Positions 14,726 to 28,728 of a stretch of 64,000 nt of DNA are shown here, one piece after another (positions within the stretch are counted from its first letter, which is position 1; the number at the start of each line of letters is the position of its first letter). Below the pieces are notes generated by a model, which was given only the letters and a program-made list of their open reading frames with translations, was not told where the DNA came from and did not search any database. The stretch lies in the NCBI RefSeq assembly GCF_002105155.1, contig NW_019028979.1:434001-498000 (forward strand), read 5' to 3'. The DNA comes from Lobosporangium transversale (taxonomy: Eukaryota). Position numbers and translations under genes: made by a program.

Positions 14726-16388
14726 TTTTTTTTTCCTTTTTGTTTTTGTTTCACTGGTTCTTTCCACGGATTCGGGTATTGATTTGCTGAGTAGGGAAGC
14801 AATGCGGAAGCTAAAAAGAAATAAAAAAAAAAAAATAAAAAAATAAAAAAAATAAAAAATAAAAGAATAAAAATAAAAAAAATGGACTTCAAGGCCTCTA
14901 TTTAAATGGGATTACACAGTAACGGTCAACAGCCCCGTGTAAGACATTTCTTGTAATAAACATGCCACTTTTTGTAGATATTGGATGAGCCACCTCAATT
15001 GCCGACCGAGAGGAAAGAGAGGGGGATAAAGATCGAGGAAGATATGATGGGGACGTATCATCCAAACGCCATCCTCTTAATGACCAAGTTGAAGCGACTA
15101 CAACATTCCGAGTGCACAGAGAGAAGATGAAATACCATCAATTTTAATTATACTGGATGGGTCTACGAAAGATGACTTAGTTGCATGATCTAAAGTGGCA
15201 TGGAGAAAAACGGACGTCTTGTCGACACGCACCCTTTTGGCTCGAGAGAAAAACGCAGTATTGGATATCTATATTCTTTACTCTTCTTGCACACATGGAA
15301 TATACTGTTGATATCTTGTGCATGAATAAGTTATTCTTTATATTTGTATAGCTGTCCATGTAAAAGATCATGAAGCTGGCTCTTGATTTTTGCTTTTAGC
15401 TGCTCTATTGAGCAATTGAATGGATCAGTAGTCACCAAGAAGTCTTAAGCAAACGCGGGGTAGTCGCATCGTATCCTAGGAAAATATATCCTATTGAAGT
15501 GAAAGGCAGTAAAATAGATCGATAACAGTGCTACACCCTATAAAAGTTACGTCCTCATGACAGAAAAAGAAAGAAAGAAGAAAAGAGGCCTTCACCCAAC
15601 AACCCATCATCCCCTCACCATTCGACATGATACTCTTGTAAACCTATGAGTAAGAAATATTATAATGTGTCATCTTCTCTTGACAAATAAGTGTGTCCTA
15701 CTGTGGTCTATGTCCATATAAACCCATAGTTAGGCTACTTCAAGCACGACTACACATCGAGTGCAAGTCCAATCCTCTTTTCAAGTTGGGATATTGATAA
15801 GACCTAAATATATATATAATAAGCGTTGTTTTATCGAAGTGTAAGATTTCTTTTTTTTTTCTTTATTGAAAACAACATGAGCCACTCTCATATCCATAGT
15901 AATGGAAAGTCAATCAATGAAGGAAAAAAAGAAGCCAAATGCTGATTTTTTTTCTTTCGAAGGCGAGTTTCGGGAGCTTGGTGGACAAAGAACAAATATG
16001 AATCAGGAAGAATCAGGGCAAGAAATGAAAAAGTCAGTCAATGAGCAACAGGTAGGGATACGTGCAGTAGGATAAGCTTCTTGCCATCTGGATTATCATT
16101 TACATATCCACAGTAACAACTTGATCCTCGTCTTATATTTTACTTTTATTTTTCGATATCCATAATCTTTTCCTTTTTATATCTCAATATTTCCACAAGT
16201 CAGCAAAAAGACGAAAGTGAGATAGTATGTTTATTGATATACTATCATAGTTGTCATACCGTGGTTTACGAAGATGTTAAGAACGTAATGTGAGCACAGT
16301 AGGAATTAAGGGTCACTCTCAGGGGATAAAATCAAGTCGATCACTACAATAATTTTTTTCTTCTTCCTCTTACAACTTTTAATCCAAA

Positions 16389-17505
16389 ATGGTTAGTCAC
16401 GTGCACCAACTAGTGAATAGAAGTATAAATCATGGATTACTCATGGATCATGTATATCTATGGGAAGCAGAAACCAAGTGAACATGCATCCATTAGAAAG
16501 TTACAGCAGGAATAAATATCAGCGACTTTTATACATATCATCATCAGCAGTAGCAAACATCTTTTGACTTGTTTGAACGGGATCTATGATCAACTTGGAT
16601 GAAGTAAACATGACCTAAAAAATCGCAGGAATAATCCAACCATGAATGAACAAGACTAGCATAAGAAAGATGAAATCACGTTTCGCTTTTAACCATGATT
16701 AAGGAAGCGATCATACTACAGTAACATCAAAAACAACATTACTTTAAACTACACTTAAGCTCCGATCTGCATAATTGAGATGAATCGTGCCAAAATAGCA
16801 CTTAACGCAACGGCTGTCATCAGTAAAAAAAAGGATAACGATGCTGCTCATTACAAGATGCTTACTTTTTTTTTTTTTTTTTTGTTTGCTTCATAATAGG
16901 GTCGCGTTAGGTAATTATCAGTAGACACGATTTGAAGGGGGAAAAAAAAATGGAGCAGAACAGTTGCTTTGTATCAAACAAAAATAGGAATAAGAGTACG
17001 TTTTTTTTGTTGAAACTGAGATGCCAGGAAATCTGACCTCCTTTCCACCAACCTTTTCTCGTTCTTTCCTTGCTGATGCATATTATCACTCAACAGAACT
17101 AAGACTGTCAAGAGGGCCTCCAAGGTTCTTATCGAGAAGTACTATCCTCGTTTGACTCTGGATTTCCAGACCAACAAGAAGATTGCTTCCGAGGTCGCCA
17201 TTATTCCCTCCAAGCGTCTCCGCAACAAGATCGCTGGTTTCACCACCCACTTGATGAAGCGTATTCAGCGTGGCCCTGTCCGTGGTATCTCCTTCAAGCT
17301 TCAGGAGGAGGAGCGTGAGCGCAAGGACAACTACATTCCTGAGGTTTCGGCCTTGGATACCTCGTCTATCGAGATTGATACCGAGACCCATAACTTGCTC
17401 AAGTCTTTGAACTTTGAGGAATTGGCTGGTGTTACCGCTGTCGAGGTCAAGCAGGCTCCTATCGAGACCCGCAAGCCCCGTCCCCCCCGCCCTGAGCGTG
17501 CTTAA
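16389..17505 (+). CDS. RPS17: 40S ribosomal protein S17 (eS17); exons 16389-16391 (ATG only), 16900-16910, 17097-17505
   Basis: Spliced [33 protein letters not shown]...[42 protein letters not shown]. Confidence 0.97.
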
Positions 17506-17679
17506 ACAAAAACACAAAAAGGGAGAATGAATAAACATTTCTAAACTTTTTGGCACTGGATGATTTTTTAGTTTATCTTGAACCATGTCGAAGATCAAGA
17601 CACTACTCTGATATTGAAATGATGTATCAATCACTACACTAAATCATCGTACTGAATGACATTAACGAAAAAAAAAAAA

Positions 17680-17710
<31 letters not shown>

Positions 17711-17788
17711 CACACACATTATAAACAAAGATGGGTGTTTTTTGCGAATATGGGGGTTTTTTTTATTGTAGAACAATCTGACTATCCA

Positions 17789-19660
17789 TCATATTGCAAA
17801 CACTGGCCTGGCATGAGCATAGCGCTGTGTGTATGCCGCAAGGTCAGCAGCGTAGGTGTCAAGGTCAACACTTTCAGCAAAACTTCCAGTATAGTCTTCG
17901 TAGCAGGGCGGTAGTATCTCCAAAGGCCAGTCGTCCTGCAATGCCTCGATAGCCTGTTGGTCAATTTCATGGATCTTGTCCCCTTCTACCAGTGTCGTTG
18001 AAAACGATCGGTAGTAACTTGGAGGATTTACTCCGTCCTCCTTGTACTCTTGGTTACTCACAATCCGGATCGCTGTCTCATTCTCAGCGATGCCATACTC
18101 GACCACGGACTCAGCATCCTTACTCAAACTTGTGAAATGGATCACGAAGCGGATCGAATGCGTCACTTTAACACTTGCATTTGTATATGTTCCAGATGCA
18201 AGACAAAAGCCCTTTTCGAGTTTCGATCGAGGACTAGAGAGCGAAAGGGCTGTGTCTGATTTGCACCAATGAGTAAGCGGCAATTGTGGAACCCTGAATA
18301 TGAGCCGTTTTATAATAGGAGCTGGCTCTTCAGGGGTGGACGAAGGCCAGTCCTGGATCGGACAGTTCTGCCTTGTAACTAATCGCTCGTCGACTAAGAC
18401 TTGATCGGCGGAGGGACGAATGTAATAGATTGATTCCAGTAGTTCGATAGTGATTTTAGTCACTGTGGTCGCGTTTCCTTTGAGATTTAGATTCAACATT
18501 AATGGGATTGTAGCTGCTTGAGGTAGGACAGAACAAGGGATACTGATTTGACCTGAGAGCCGAGCAGCTTCTTCAGAAGAGATACGCATCACAGCAGTGT
18601 TGAAGAAATTATCTGAAGGGAGTTCATCTCTCTGCAGAAGTATGACTGGCTTTGTAATATGAAATGGTGAAGAGAAAGGGAGGATGGATGTCGTATGAAG
18701 TGAGGCTGTGAGTTGGTAATCGATGTTAATGTCCTTTGAGGTGATTACCGCGGGCAAATGGGAACTGATGGGTAAAGAGAATGGGAACTGATGAGTGCCA
18801 ACAGGAAGTATGAGCGGAGCCTTGGACTCGCTGAGGAGCAAAGTTTGTTTCTGTTCTACCAGAGTACTCCCGAAATTATGTTTGTCTACGAATTGAACCC
18901 AATACGGCGGAACAGAAATGATGTCAGGTTAGATTGGTGAGATTGATTAGATTTCAACGTGCCCCATGCGTTTAACTCAAGGGCGTGATATCCCCTCAAT
19001 CCCTAAACAAGGGTTTAAACACCGCAGATGAACAAGGGTTCCAAATATGTCAACATGGACAAGATTGACTACATTTATGGAAAAGCCCTCTTGATGTGGT
19101 ACCTTCTATAACTCATTATCAACCATGCGCACAAACAAAAAAAAAAAAAAAATAGCTGCCATGACATCAGCCAATTTTGGCCGCAGTTTCCCTTTCTGGC
19201 TTTGTTTGACGCCAAATAAAAAAAAAAAAAAAAAAAAAAAAATAGAATCGCGTCGCTACTTAAAAATCAACTAAAGCTCGATTTTCAATACTTTGCGAAG
19301 GACTGGGTAACTGCGACGTAAAATGGCAGGAATAACCATTGAATGGATCAATGTGGTTATAATGCGCAATTCGTAACCTCTAAAAAAGACTTGGTAAAAA
19401 TAAAAATAAAAAAATTACTTACCAAGGGCGAAGCACGGTTGTGCACCTGGAATATTGGAAGTCTCAAGATAGAACGAGGTCCTTGCGTACCCAACAAAGA
19501 CTATTGAAAGCGACTTCACTTTTGTAGGCTTTGTGAGGCGAAGGAAGATGGTACCTTCAAGACTGTGGTGTTGTGGATCTGATATTGATACCTCTGGGAT
19601 TACAATATGTGGTTCGTTTAGGTTGATAGAGAACCAATTATTCGTAGATGAATGACTCAT
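17789..19660 (-). CDS. Alpha-arrestin-like adaptor; exons approx. 19421-19660 and 17789-18885
   Basis: LEGTIFLRLTKPTKVKSLSIVFVG, LPVGTHQFPFSLPIS-LP, IDYQLTA arrestin-N motifs; C-terminal PPSY and PPCY PY-type motifs. Confidence 0.82.
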
Positions 19661-22600
19661 GTTGTTGAAGCTGTTATATGAAAGGGCAGTAATCCTTTTG
19701 AGACTGATAGTCGTAAAAAGAGGATCAATATATCGAAGAGCAAAGTGTACTAATGTTTAATGTTTATGTGTGTGATAGTTCGATGAAACTGAGGGATGTC
19801 GTTGCGTAAAGAATGTCTATAAAAGAATAGTATGCGGAAAGAATGCAATGCAATGCTGATGAAGAACAGAAAAAAAAAAAATAAAGACAAAGACAAAGAA
19901 ATACGAAGAAATGTAAGTGTGAATAAGTTGAAGGAACAAAAAGATGAAAGGAGATAGAGCGCTGTTTTATATAGCCATAATTGGAGGAGATGAGAGAAAG
20001 ATTAAAAAAGATGTTGATTGCTCCACAATAAATAAATGTTCAGTTTTGGGGGACACGGACTGTTTCGATTGAAGCATCAATTGATAGAACTTGGATTAAG
20101 TTTGCGGAGAATTCTTTTCTTTTTGGAAAGATATGTGATTAGGGGTCGAAGGAAAAGAAAATGACCATGATCTGCGTTGCATCATTTTTTTTAGTCCCTT
20201 GCTGTCTACCATCCTCGGATTGAGTCAGAAGTGGCCTTTCTATCCTTCCGTTTTCTTTTTCTTTGCACGCATGAGAGGGGGACACGGCCCCCCCTTTGGA
20301 TCAGTCTACTCGGATAAAAACAATTAAAATCTCTATGCTTTCCATTCTTGTAAATTTGGAGTGTTCTTGACCAAATTTGCCACTGATAACGAAGATGCTC
20401 CCTCGTTGTTTCGATAGCTTTGCAAAAAATCTTCTCCTGTGTTTACCTTATGCCTCGGGATAAATAGAGTAAAATAGGAAAGACATGTGGTAGACCTCAT
20501 TGTGTTCAATGGAGCAGTTTTATCATATATCATTTATCTATTTATTTTTTTAAACTCTACGGTAACATGGCTACACAGGGGTTGAATTGTCGGGTCTTTC
20601 CATCCCGCAGTTTTAATGTACTGCGGAAATATAAAAAGTATATTTTATTCATCATGTTGTATTTATTTAACTTCTGTCTTGTAAGGTGTACACATCCATA
20701 TATACAATATAAATATTCCTGTAATGTTGAATCAAATTAGCGTCAAAATAGCATCTGCAAAAGAAAAAAGACAAGGTGCGTGCGTGTTCATGAATACGCG
20801 GATAAGATGAGGTGGCTGCCGTGACTATACCTTGAGTCCTGCTTTTACAGGACAAATATGAATTATGATATTCGCGGCGTCCGAAATCTTCTCCTGTTGT
20901 CCGTCCTCTTTTCTATATGAAATAGATATCCTTCTGTACTACAAATGATAAATCTATTCTTTCAAATCAATCATTCACCGCTTGTTTATTCTTTATTCTT
21001 TTTTCTTTCTGGAAGGCAATGTCTTGGCACAAACATGCCCTTCTACTTCACCGCCACAGAAGACAAGGTTATTGTCACCATGAATACTGAAGATGAGATG
21101 TCAATTGATGGACGGCGAAGCAAAAATAGAAAAAGTGGGCAGCTGGAGGTAACGCTGTCGACTCTTACCCCATTGCGGAGAAAAATCTTTTGAAGAGAAG
21201 CAAAAGAACCTAAGATTCGATACTTTGAACGCCCTTTTATTTATAAATAAAATGAATATTGCCTGGGAAGAGAGTTATTGTCACATTGCTGTAGAAACTG
21301 AGGCGATGCTGTTGCTCTCAACTAGCTCCTTCATGAAAGAATGGCCCTATCCGTGTATGTACAGAAGTATGCGAGATATAGAATAGTACATGACAAACGA
21401 AAAATGAATTAATTAATCATTAAAAACATGGTGCTCTCCCATACCAACGCCCGATGCCTGATTTTGGAGCCTGTGCAACCAAGCCCCATGGATTCTTACG
21501 CTGCAGGGAAGATTTGAAAACATAAGGCAAATCGGTCGGATGACGCAATTATCCGAACAAAATTGCGTACAGAACGGAAGGCACCTTGGCATGAACTTGG
21601 GTTTGCGGACTGTACCTTTCGTTTTTTTGCTAGTCAAAATGAAGGTACATGTACATCTCGAAGATGTATTGAGGACCTTATCGTCCCTTCTAAAGAGGAG
21701 TCCATACTATTGGAGTAGCTGATGGACCTTCCCTATTCGTCTTCATTTCATCATAGGTAACTGGAACAGCTCATGTTGTTGATTTGGTTCTGTCGATCCT
21801 ACTCTGCATCGCCACATGCTCATCACAAAAAAAAGCCTCCTCGTTAGATAGAAAAGCGGCGTGTGTCTGGCCTAGTACATATTCAGTTTATGACGAGAGC
21901 CCTTTCACCTTGTGTTCGGTTTTCGCTGCCTAAATTAGCGGCGAGGATCCTAAAGATGTAGGGCCGACAGACAGGGGAATGTGATTGCTGTTTTTTTTAC
22001 AGAACGATATTGGATAGGAGGGCGTTGATGAGGATATGGGTATGATAGACCTGGAGACCCTAGGCGTGCAAAACACCATAACAGTTGATGAGTAAATCAG
22101 GATTAGCAAATATACAAAAAAAAGAAAGACTAAGAACATCCAGAGGAACACAGGACCAATCATTCGCGCGGGCCACCTCTTTATTTTGGATGCCCGATGC
22201 TAGGGATAGACCAAATCTTGTCAGAATCTTGGTTTAGAGTTTCAATGTAATGAAGGCTCGTTATAAGTGGATGCTCTCCTTTGACCATTGAGAAAGCTCC
22301 ACCGCCACATTTAGAACGTCAGACATGACAGGGAGTTTTTTTTGTAACGTATCGAGTATGTACGTTGCTCACAATAACTGAACGCAAAGCTTTATAAATT
22401 CACGTTATCATCTTTTCATCCCTCTCTCATTCACTTTCCTTGGTCACGCCTTCTTTTGCCCTCTCTTGAACTCATAATCTCTTCTGTTTGTGCTGGGCAC
22501 CTCATTGCTTTGACACCTCAAAGAGAGGACCCTTCCGCTTTTACTCAATTCGCATTCACTCTCCATTCACATTCACTCCTCCATTCACCTTTTTTTTTAA

Positions 22601-24524
22601 AAATAAAAGAAAATTTCTTCTCTCAATTTTGTTAAGCCCATAAACGCGTTCCTTAGATCGCGTCTCCTACTTGTCTCATATTCCTTTCATTCGTCATATT
22701 ATCACTTGCTCATCAGCAAAGGCTTTCAATTGACTACATTCTGTACTATACAAGGTAATTTTTGCATACCATAGGATACCTGGTCAGATATTGGCCTAAT
22801 TAATCTATTTATAATATCTAAACCCAATATCATGTTGTTCATATTAAGTCTTTTGTCATGCAACATTGGTACTTTGTAAAGGAGTTGACATGACGAGGTG
22901 TGCGAATTTTTTTCAAACGCACGTGTCTGGCTATTGACGAAAGCAGTAAGGAAGGACAGTTGATAATAGAATAAAAAAAAGGGCCATTGTAAAAGTCGTG
23001 CTCTCGTTTCAATGGGCAGTGCATCATTACGATCTATCCTTTTTCAGCCCAATAGTTTAGGCGCGACAGGGCGAGAGCACTGATCGCTCTGACTCTTAAC
23101 ACTTGTCCCACGTTGATGACTCTCCTCAGGCTCTGGTGTCTAATATATGTCTATTAGACCTTGTTATGTCAAGGAAGACATTTGTGTCTGTGTTTAATTG
23201 AATCTTTGGAGGAATGCGAAACTGTACAAGGTTTTTGATTTTCTCGTAACCTGCTTAAAAAAAAAGCCCCCCTATTATCGCGCGTTCTTTGGATAATAAT
23301 TAGGATTACCCATTTTTACCATTTTTTTATACTCCATGAGGAAGATGAGGACATTGAGTGCGGTACATGTTGATAATTAGGACATAATGAATAAGCTTTT
23401 ATACAACCAAACTTCCTCCTTATTTTTTCTTTCATTAGCCTTTTTTTTTTCGCGTTCTCATTTCGTTATTGAGTATTTGTGGGAGAGTGAAGAGGCGAAT
23501 TAGCTCAGTAACTTTACGTGTTTGTGTGCTTGTACTGTGATGGATGTAGTTGATTAAAAAAAAAAAAAAGATAAACATGGATGCGGCTGGGTTCACTGCC
23601 CAATATATGACAGATTTGAATACAAAGACGGATTAGCGTTTTAGGCATGTTTTTTTGTATTGGAATTTTAATTGATTCGGCTGTGCAAATATTGGCTTCT
23701 CTAGACTGTGCATATTTTTATTTTTGTAATGCCAAAAAACTTTTTTTGCCTCTCCTTCTCCCTCTTTTTTATCTCTGTCTCTCCTTTACTCACTCTCTCG
23801 CTCTTGACATTCGTTTCTTCACACATTTCAGAACATTCCTCTTTATTTTGATGAATCAATTCCACCTTGACCCTCTAACACGCATAACATAATTATTTTT
23901 ATTTCCCTTCCCTTCACTTGAACCCTTTTTTCTTTTTTTTTCTCTTGTTGCTATTGTTCTTTTTCAATACAACACAGCCCCATTGGTGTTTGTCTCTGCT
24001 TTTCTTTTCTTCCTTTTCCTTTTTTTTCCTTTTCTCTCTTCTACTTCTTTTCTCCTTTGCCTTGGCCTGCCCAGAAGGACTTACTGTTATTCCTCCTCCT
24101 TCCCCCACCTCTCTCTCTCTCTCTCTCTCTCACACACACTCTCTCTCACACTCTCTCTTTCTTCCCTTGTCTCTCTCCCTCTCCTTGTTCCCCACGCTCA
24201 TTCAACTAACTGTTTGCTCTTGTCCTCTTCATTCTATATCCCTATCAACCCCACATCGTTCGTTGTCTTTACACTTCCTCCCTACTCATAACGTACTCCC
24301 TTTTCTGACATCATTCTAAATCTCTCTTTCTTTCTATCTCTTAATCCATTCTATCTTTTATTTCAAGTCTTGGTCTGCGTATTTGTACGAACAACTTTTT
24401 CACTCTACGTTATCATCAAACACTCGTTTTCTCTCTAGTTGACAGTAATAGCTAATTATCTCCTATCAACTCTCCTCTTCTTTCCCAACCTCATTCGCAT
24501 TCTCTTTCACCATTGTCATAGATC

Positions 24525-27188
24525 ATGAGAGAACCAAATTTCTCTTTTCCAAGCCAAAACAGAGCTGCCATATGCATCTCAAGCTCCATGTACGACAGAC
24601 GTGCCCTTGACTGCACAGACTATATCCCACTCATTAACACCCTCACCAACCTCGCTTATCTCACTGGCTCCACACCTACCATCCGTGAATTCATTACCCG
24701 TGATGGAGGCTTGGAGCGCCTTGTCACTATCCTCAAGCACACTAAAGTTCATGATAAGAAGAACGGTCTCAAGTGGACCCTCGCTTTTCAATGCGTGGTC
24801 AATATCGGTATTCGTGGCACAGAACATATCCGTAAGCGAGTCGTCCAGGCTGGTATGGTTCCAGTTATCGTCAATGTCTTGGAGAGCTTCTTCACTGTCC
24901 TTAAAACTGTCAGCGATGAGAACGAGCGACGGAGAATGCTGCGACGAGCAGAAGCTGTACAGCAGAATTCACAGCCAATCATTACCAACGGAGAGCTCTC
25001 TACAGACCAAGACCCACAGCTTTCAACCGCACCCTTATCAGTTGAGCAGGAGCAACAGCCCCATGCTGGTCAGGACACTTTGAACAATTCCTCCTCCTCC
25101 TCATTTTCTTCTACCACCACATCTTCTCTGGGGCCCTCTACAGCCAATCTTAGCCCAGCAACCTCAGCGTTCTATAACCGAGGTACTATGGACAACACAC
25201 AGGGACCTTCTACGATGCCAACCACTCAGGAGCCAATGCAAGCGCACTTGAACCCTAACAGCACTCGATCATTACCTATCCAAGTTGTCGACGGACGGCC
25301 GCAGCAGCAACTACCACAATTTTTTTACCGCGAAGATGATATTCTTCATTCACTTCAGCTTCTGGCATATCTTTCAAAATATCCATCGCTTCGTTCAGCG
25401 TTCCACACGGATACAGGATCAAATGTCTTTGCCATTGTAGAAAAGTTCACAAACAAAGCCATGTATCCAGTGGAGATTCAATATTGGGCCGGCGTCATTA
25501 TGCGAAATGCCTGTCGTAAAGATGATTCGAGAAAAGGTATTCGGCAGTGTGCGTACATTGGCTGTGGCAAATGGGAAACTCAACCACGTGAATTCGCAAA
25601 GTGTCGTAGATGTCGCAAGGCAAAGTACTGTAGTAAGCAATGCCAGAGTAAAGCATGGAATGAAGGTCATCGCTGGTGGTGCGTCGAAAAGAAGCCAGAA
25701 TCCATGGGCGTTTCATCGTCATTTGGGACCGATCCTGCTCCTCCTCCACCGCCCCCTCCAGCAGATCTTCAAGATCAACCTGACACTTCCCCAAGTTTGA
25801 TGGAGAATGGCAGTATTTCATCCATGGCATCGGGTGCAGGTGGAGCAAGGATGATTGGTGGAGGGGAGGGCGGAAGCTCAACAAGTCACCATGTCCACAG
25901 AATTCATCAACCCCAAATCCAGCAACAGCAACGACCGATATCGTCGCCAGTTCCGGTTTCTCAACCACATATCCCAGTACTCGCCACTTCAGTGTCAATC
26001 CCAATGCCGATGGGAGCTCAAGCTCCGTATCAACAGCAACTCCTTCAACGTCAGCGTATCTCGTTGCCTCCACAATCGCAATCACAGCCGCAGCAACAGC
26101 AGCAACAACAACATGAGCAACTCCGTCATCAACTCGTATTGGATGCTTATGTTCAAGGACAACAAAATCAACAACAAAATCAGCAGCAAATGTTCATGCT
26201 ACAGCAACAACAGAGACCTGGCCAACAGCCTCTCCCACAACAGCAGCACCAGCAGCAACAACTACCGCATATGCGAAATGCCCCCTCCTCTTCCACAAGA
26301 CACCATCATGTTATAGGACCACCTCAAAGATCTATGACCCAACCTCATCCAACAACAGCCCCTGTTCGATCTTCACGCAATGGAATCACTCCTCATCTCG
26401 GCTTCACACCAGACTCGCCTACGCCAGAGCAGCTCGCCCAACGCTTTGTTCAGCAGGCTGCATTATACCCAGGTCAGCATAATGAACTGGTTCAAGGATT
26501 GAATGCCCAATTTCAACAGTATTTCCCACCTCATCATCAAGAGGAAGCCAAACGCCAGTTTTCCTTTCATCTTCGAAAACTTTTTGCTCGCAACCAAAGA
26601 CAGCAGGAGCTTATGCGAACCGAAGGCCCTGGATCGTCTTTCCAGAATTCCAGTAGCCGTGGTCTCGTCTATGGACCTCCTCCAGCATCTATGATGGCTC
26701 CCGGCGTTCCAAGGACATCAGGCATGTCAACGTCAGGCTCAAGCATGGATGTTTCGAGACAAGGAACTCCCAGGCGGCGTTCCGATCTTGATTCTGATGA
26801 TGAGGATTCAGCACGAAGCTCGCATATGATGTCCAACAGTAGCCTTACTGTACCCATGCTAACTCAAGATCTGTCCACAACTATGTCTTTAACATCCACT
26901 GAACTATCCGGACCACTTCCTACATCTTTGATGAATGCGCGCATGTCCGGGAACTCGACACACCCTGCTCCCTCCGCTGCTAGTGCTAATTATCCGGGCG
27001 GATTAGACTCTAATGGGGACCATGCCACGGCCCGAGACTTCAAAGTTCGTAAGCTTATGTCGCCCGATGAACCATCAAACCGAAATGGTAGTTCTTCGGC
27101 TGCACTCAGAACGTCAGAGCCAGTGCAGAGAGAGGATGAGTGGACTTATTCGCGACACATGGCGAACGACTCCTCAATGGATCCTTAA
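24525..27188 (+). CDS. MUB1: MYND-type zinc finger protein MUB1/SamB-like with Q/P/S-rich tail, single exon, 887 aa
   Basis: MREPNFSFPSQNRAAICISSSMYDRRALDCT; YWAGVIMRNACRKDDSRKGIRQCAYIGCGKWE...FAKCRRCRKAKYCSKQCQSKAW..GHRWWC. Confidence 0.9.
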   Translation: MREPNFSFPSQNRAAICISSSMYDRRALDCTDYIPLINTLTNLAYLTGSTPTIREFITRDGGLERLVTILKHTKVHDKKNGLKWTLAFQCVVNIGIRGTEHIRKRVVQAGMVPVIVNVLESFFTVLKTVSDENERRRMLRRAEAVQQNSQPIITNGELSTDQDPQLSTAPLSVEQEQQPHAGQDTLNNSSSSSFSSTTTSSLGPSTANLSPATSAFYNRGTMDNTQGPSTMPTTQEPMQAHLNPNSTRSLPIQVVDGRPQQQLPQFFYREDDILHSLQLLAYLSKYPSLRSAFHTDTGSNVFAIVEKFTNKAMYPVEIQYWAGVIMRNACRKDDSRKGIRQCAYIGCGKWETQPREFAKCRRCRKAKYCSKQCQSKAWNEGHRWWCVEKKPESMGVSSSFGTDPAPPPPPPPADLQDQPDTSPSLMENGSISSMASGAGGARMIGGGEGGSSTSHHVHRIHQPQIQQQQRPISSPVPVSQPHIPVLATSVSIPMPMGAQAPYQQQLLQRQRISLPPQSQSQPQQQQQQQHEQLRHQLVLDAYVQGQQNQQQNQQQMFMLQQQQRPGQQPLPQQQHQQQQLPHMRNAPSSSTRHHHVIGPPQRSMTQPHPTTAPVRSSRNGITPHLGFTPDSPTPEQLAQRFVQQAALYPGQHNELVQGLNAQFQQYFPPHHQEEAKRQFSFHLRKLFARNQRQQELMRTEGPGSSFQNSSSRGLVYGPPPASMMAPGVPRTSGMSTSGSSMDVSRQGTPRRRSDLDSDDEDSARSSHMMSNSSLTVPMLTQDLSTTMSLTSTELSGPLPTSLMNARMSGNSTHPAPSAASANYPGGLDSNGDHATARDFKVRKLMSPDEPSNRNGSSSAALRTSEPVQREDEWTYSRHMANDSSMDP

Positions 27189-28728
27189 TTTTCTATCTTA
27201 ATATTCGTCATCCATTTGCTATTTTACCCGAGAGGGATTTATGTATCTTAGCACTAAGAACTCATGTACTATAATATAGATCGTTTTTGTCTCTTCAAAA
27301 TCAAATATATCCAGAACCTTCGCCCTTTGTGTGTTGGACTACAATAACCTCGTCATGAATATCCCCTAGTTTTGTTACTCTCAATGTTCCACTTCTTGAT
27401 CATCGACAGATGTAATGCTATTATCACACAGAATTTATTTAGACGGTCTGCATGGACTAATTTTGTTCTCCACAGTAAACAATCATGTTCACAGAGTAAT
27501 TGATGTAGGTAATCAATAGGAGATAAATCGATATTATTACGAATGGAGATAGAAAGAGAGAAGCAGATATGCACGCATCATGTATTAGATGATTTAATTA
27601 CAAGGGCACATAACAATTTTATCGCCTAAAAATACACAAAAACAGAAAAGCACATTATCATCAATCAATGAGACGTAGCTGTACTAGAAAAAGATTTCAA
27701 CTGTGGTGTTTGGGTTCGTCATTAATGTGCAGCAGGGTTGCCGCAAACTTCAAGATAAGAGGCAACTAAGTAGTCATAAAAAGACACATCTTGTAAAGGC
27801 TTTAGGTTAAATACTAAGACTATAAAGGCTTTAGAGGATAGAACTAAGGAATCATGACAAAGCAAAAAAAAAAAAAAAAAAAAAAAATTATGTGCTAGAA
27901 AGACACAACTGAGGATATAGACAGGAACTCGATCTGCGTCGATTCACGTAAGGGATCGAGACTTCTACCCTAATCTTGAGGTTGACTTTCAACCAGCTCT
28001 CTGTTCTTTCTCCAGCCAGAATAGGATCATGAATCAACGTCTAACTTTTAGGGTCCTAGTATCCAAAAGAAAGCACAAGTTCAAGATCAGGCAAAAGCTC
28101 CCCCAATCCCCATCCGAGCGACACCGTTATTTACCGACAGTGCACAGGAAGACAGAAGATATCGCCAAACCTGAAGTCAATATATAAACTAGAATTCTTA
28201 AAGCAACCTCAGACTTTTTTTTTTTTTTTTTTTTTTAGGTATATCTCTTGATGTCTTTATTTCTAAATAAAATTACTTGGATACATGCTTATGAAGAGTG
28301 CACAAAATTACCGGCATATAGAATACACCTCTGGTCAAACCATTGTTGGAAATATAGAATATATTTCGAATGGGATGAGGTATGTTCTGCAGTACCCTCT
28401 CATTCGGATCAAATATCAATCGAGGTTATCGATATGTGTATCGAAACAGACAGCATATTATCCGTAACAAGCGCTGGAAGGCATGATAGTTGGATGGTTA
28501 GACCATCCTTCAAACATTTTATACGGAGTAGTTGCGCCACAACTTATGAACACAATGGTATAAAATTTGAGCTATTCAGATCGTAAGATAAAATAGATCA
28601 TCGCCTCCATTTATCGACGCATTTTATCTCCTCATGTGATGAAGCAGACATACATGGCGTTAAAACAAATCATATCTTTGTTTTTAATGCTTTTCTTTTT
28701 CAATCTGTGAAAAAAACGTACTCCTCGT

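Noticed and set aside
15040..15480. Possible decayed gene fragment on the minus strand
   Set aside because: Frequent stops and no diagnostic motif.
17086..17634. 182-aa minus-strand ORF
   Set aside because: Antisense shadow of codon-biased RPS17.
20945..21760. Coding-like fragments in the long arrestin-MUB1 intergenic region
   Set aside because: Short frames broken by stops with no recognisable family; possibly a decayed gene but unsupported.
23914..24319. Poly-Phe/Lys/Leu-Ser ORFs here and at 5099-5404, 54514-55932 and 61220-63874
   Set aside because: Artefacts of homopolymer and CT/GA microsatellite tracts in UTR or intergenic DNA.
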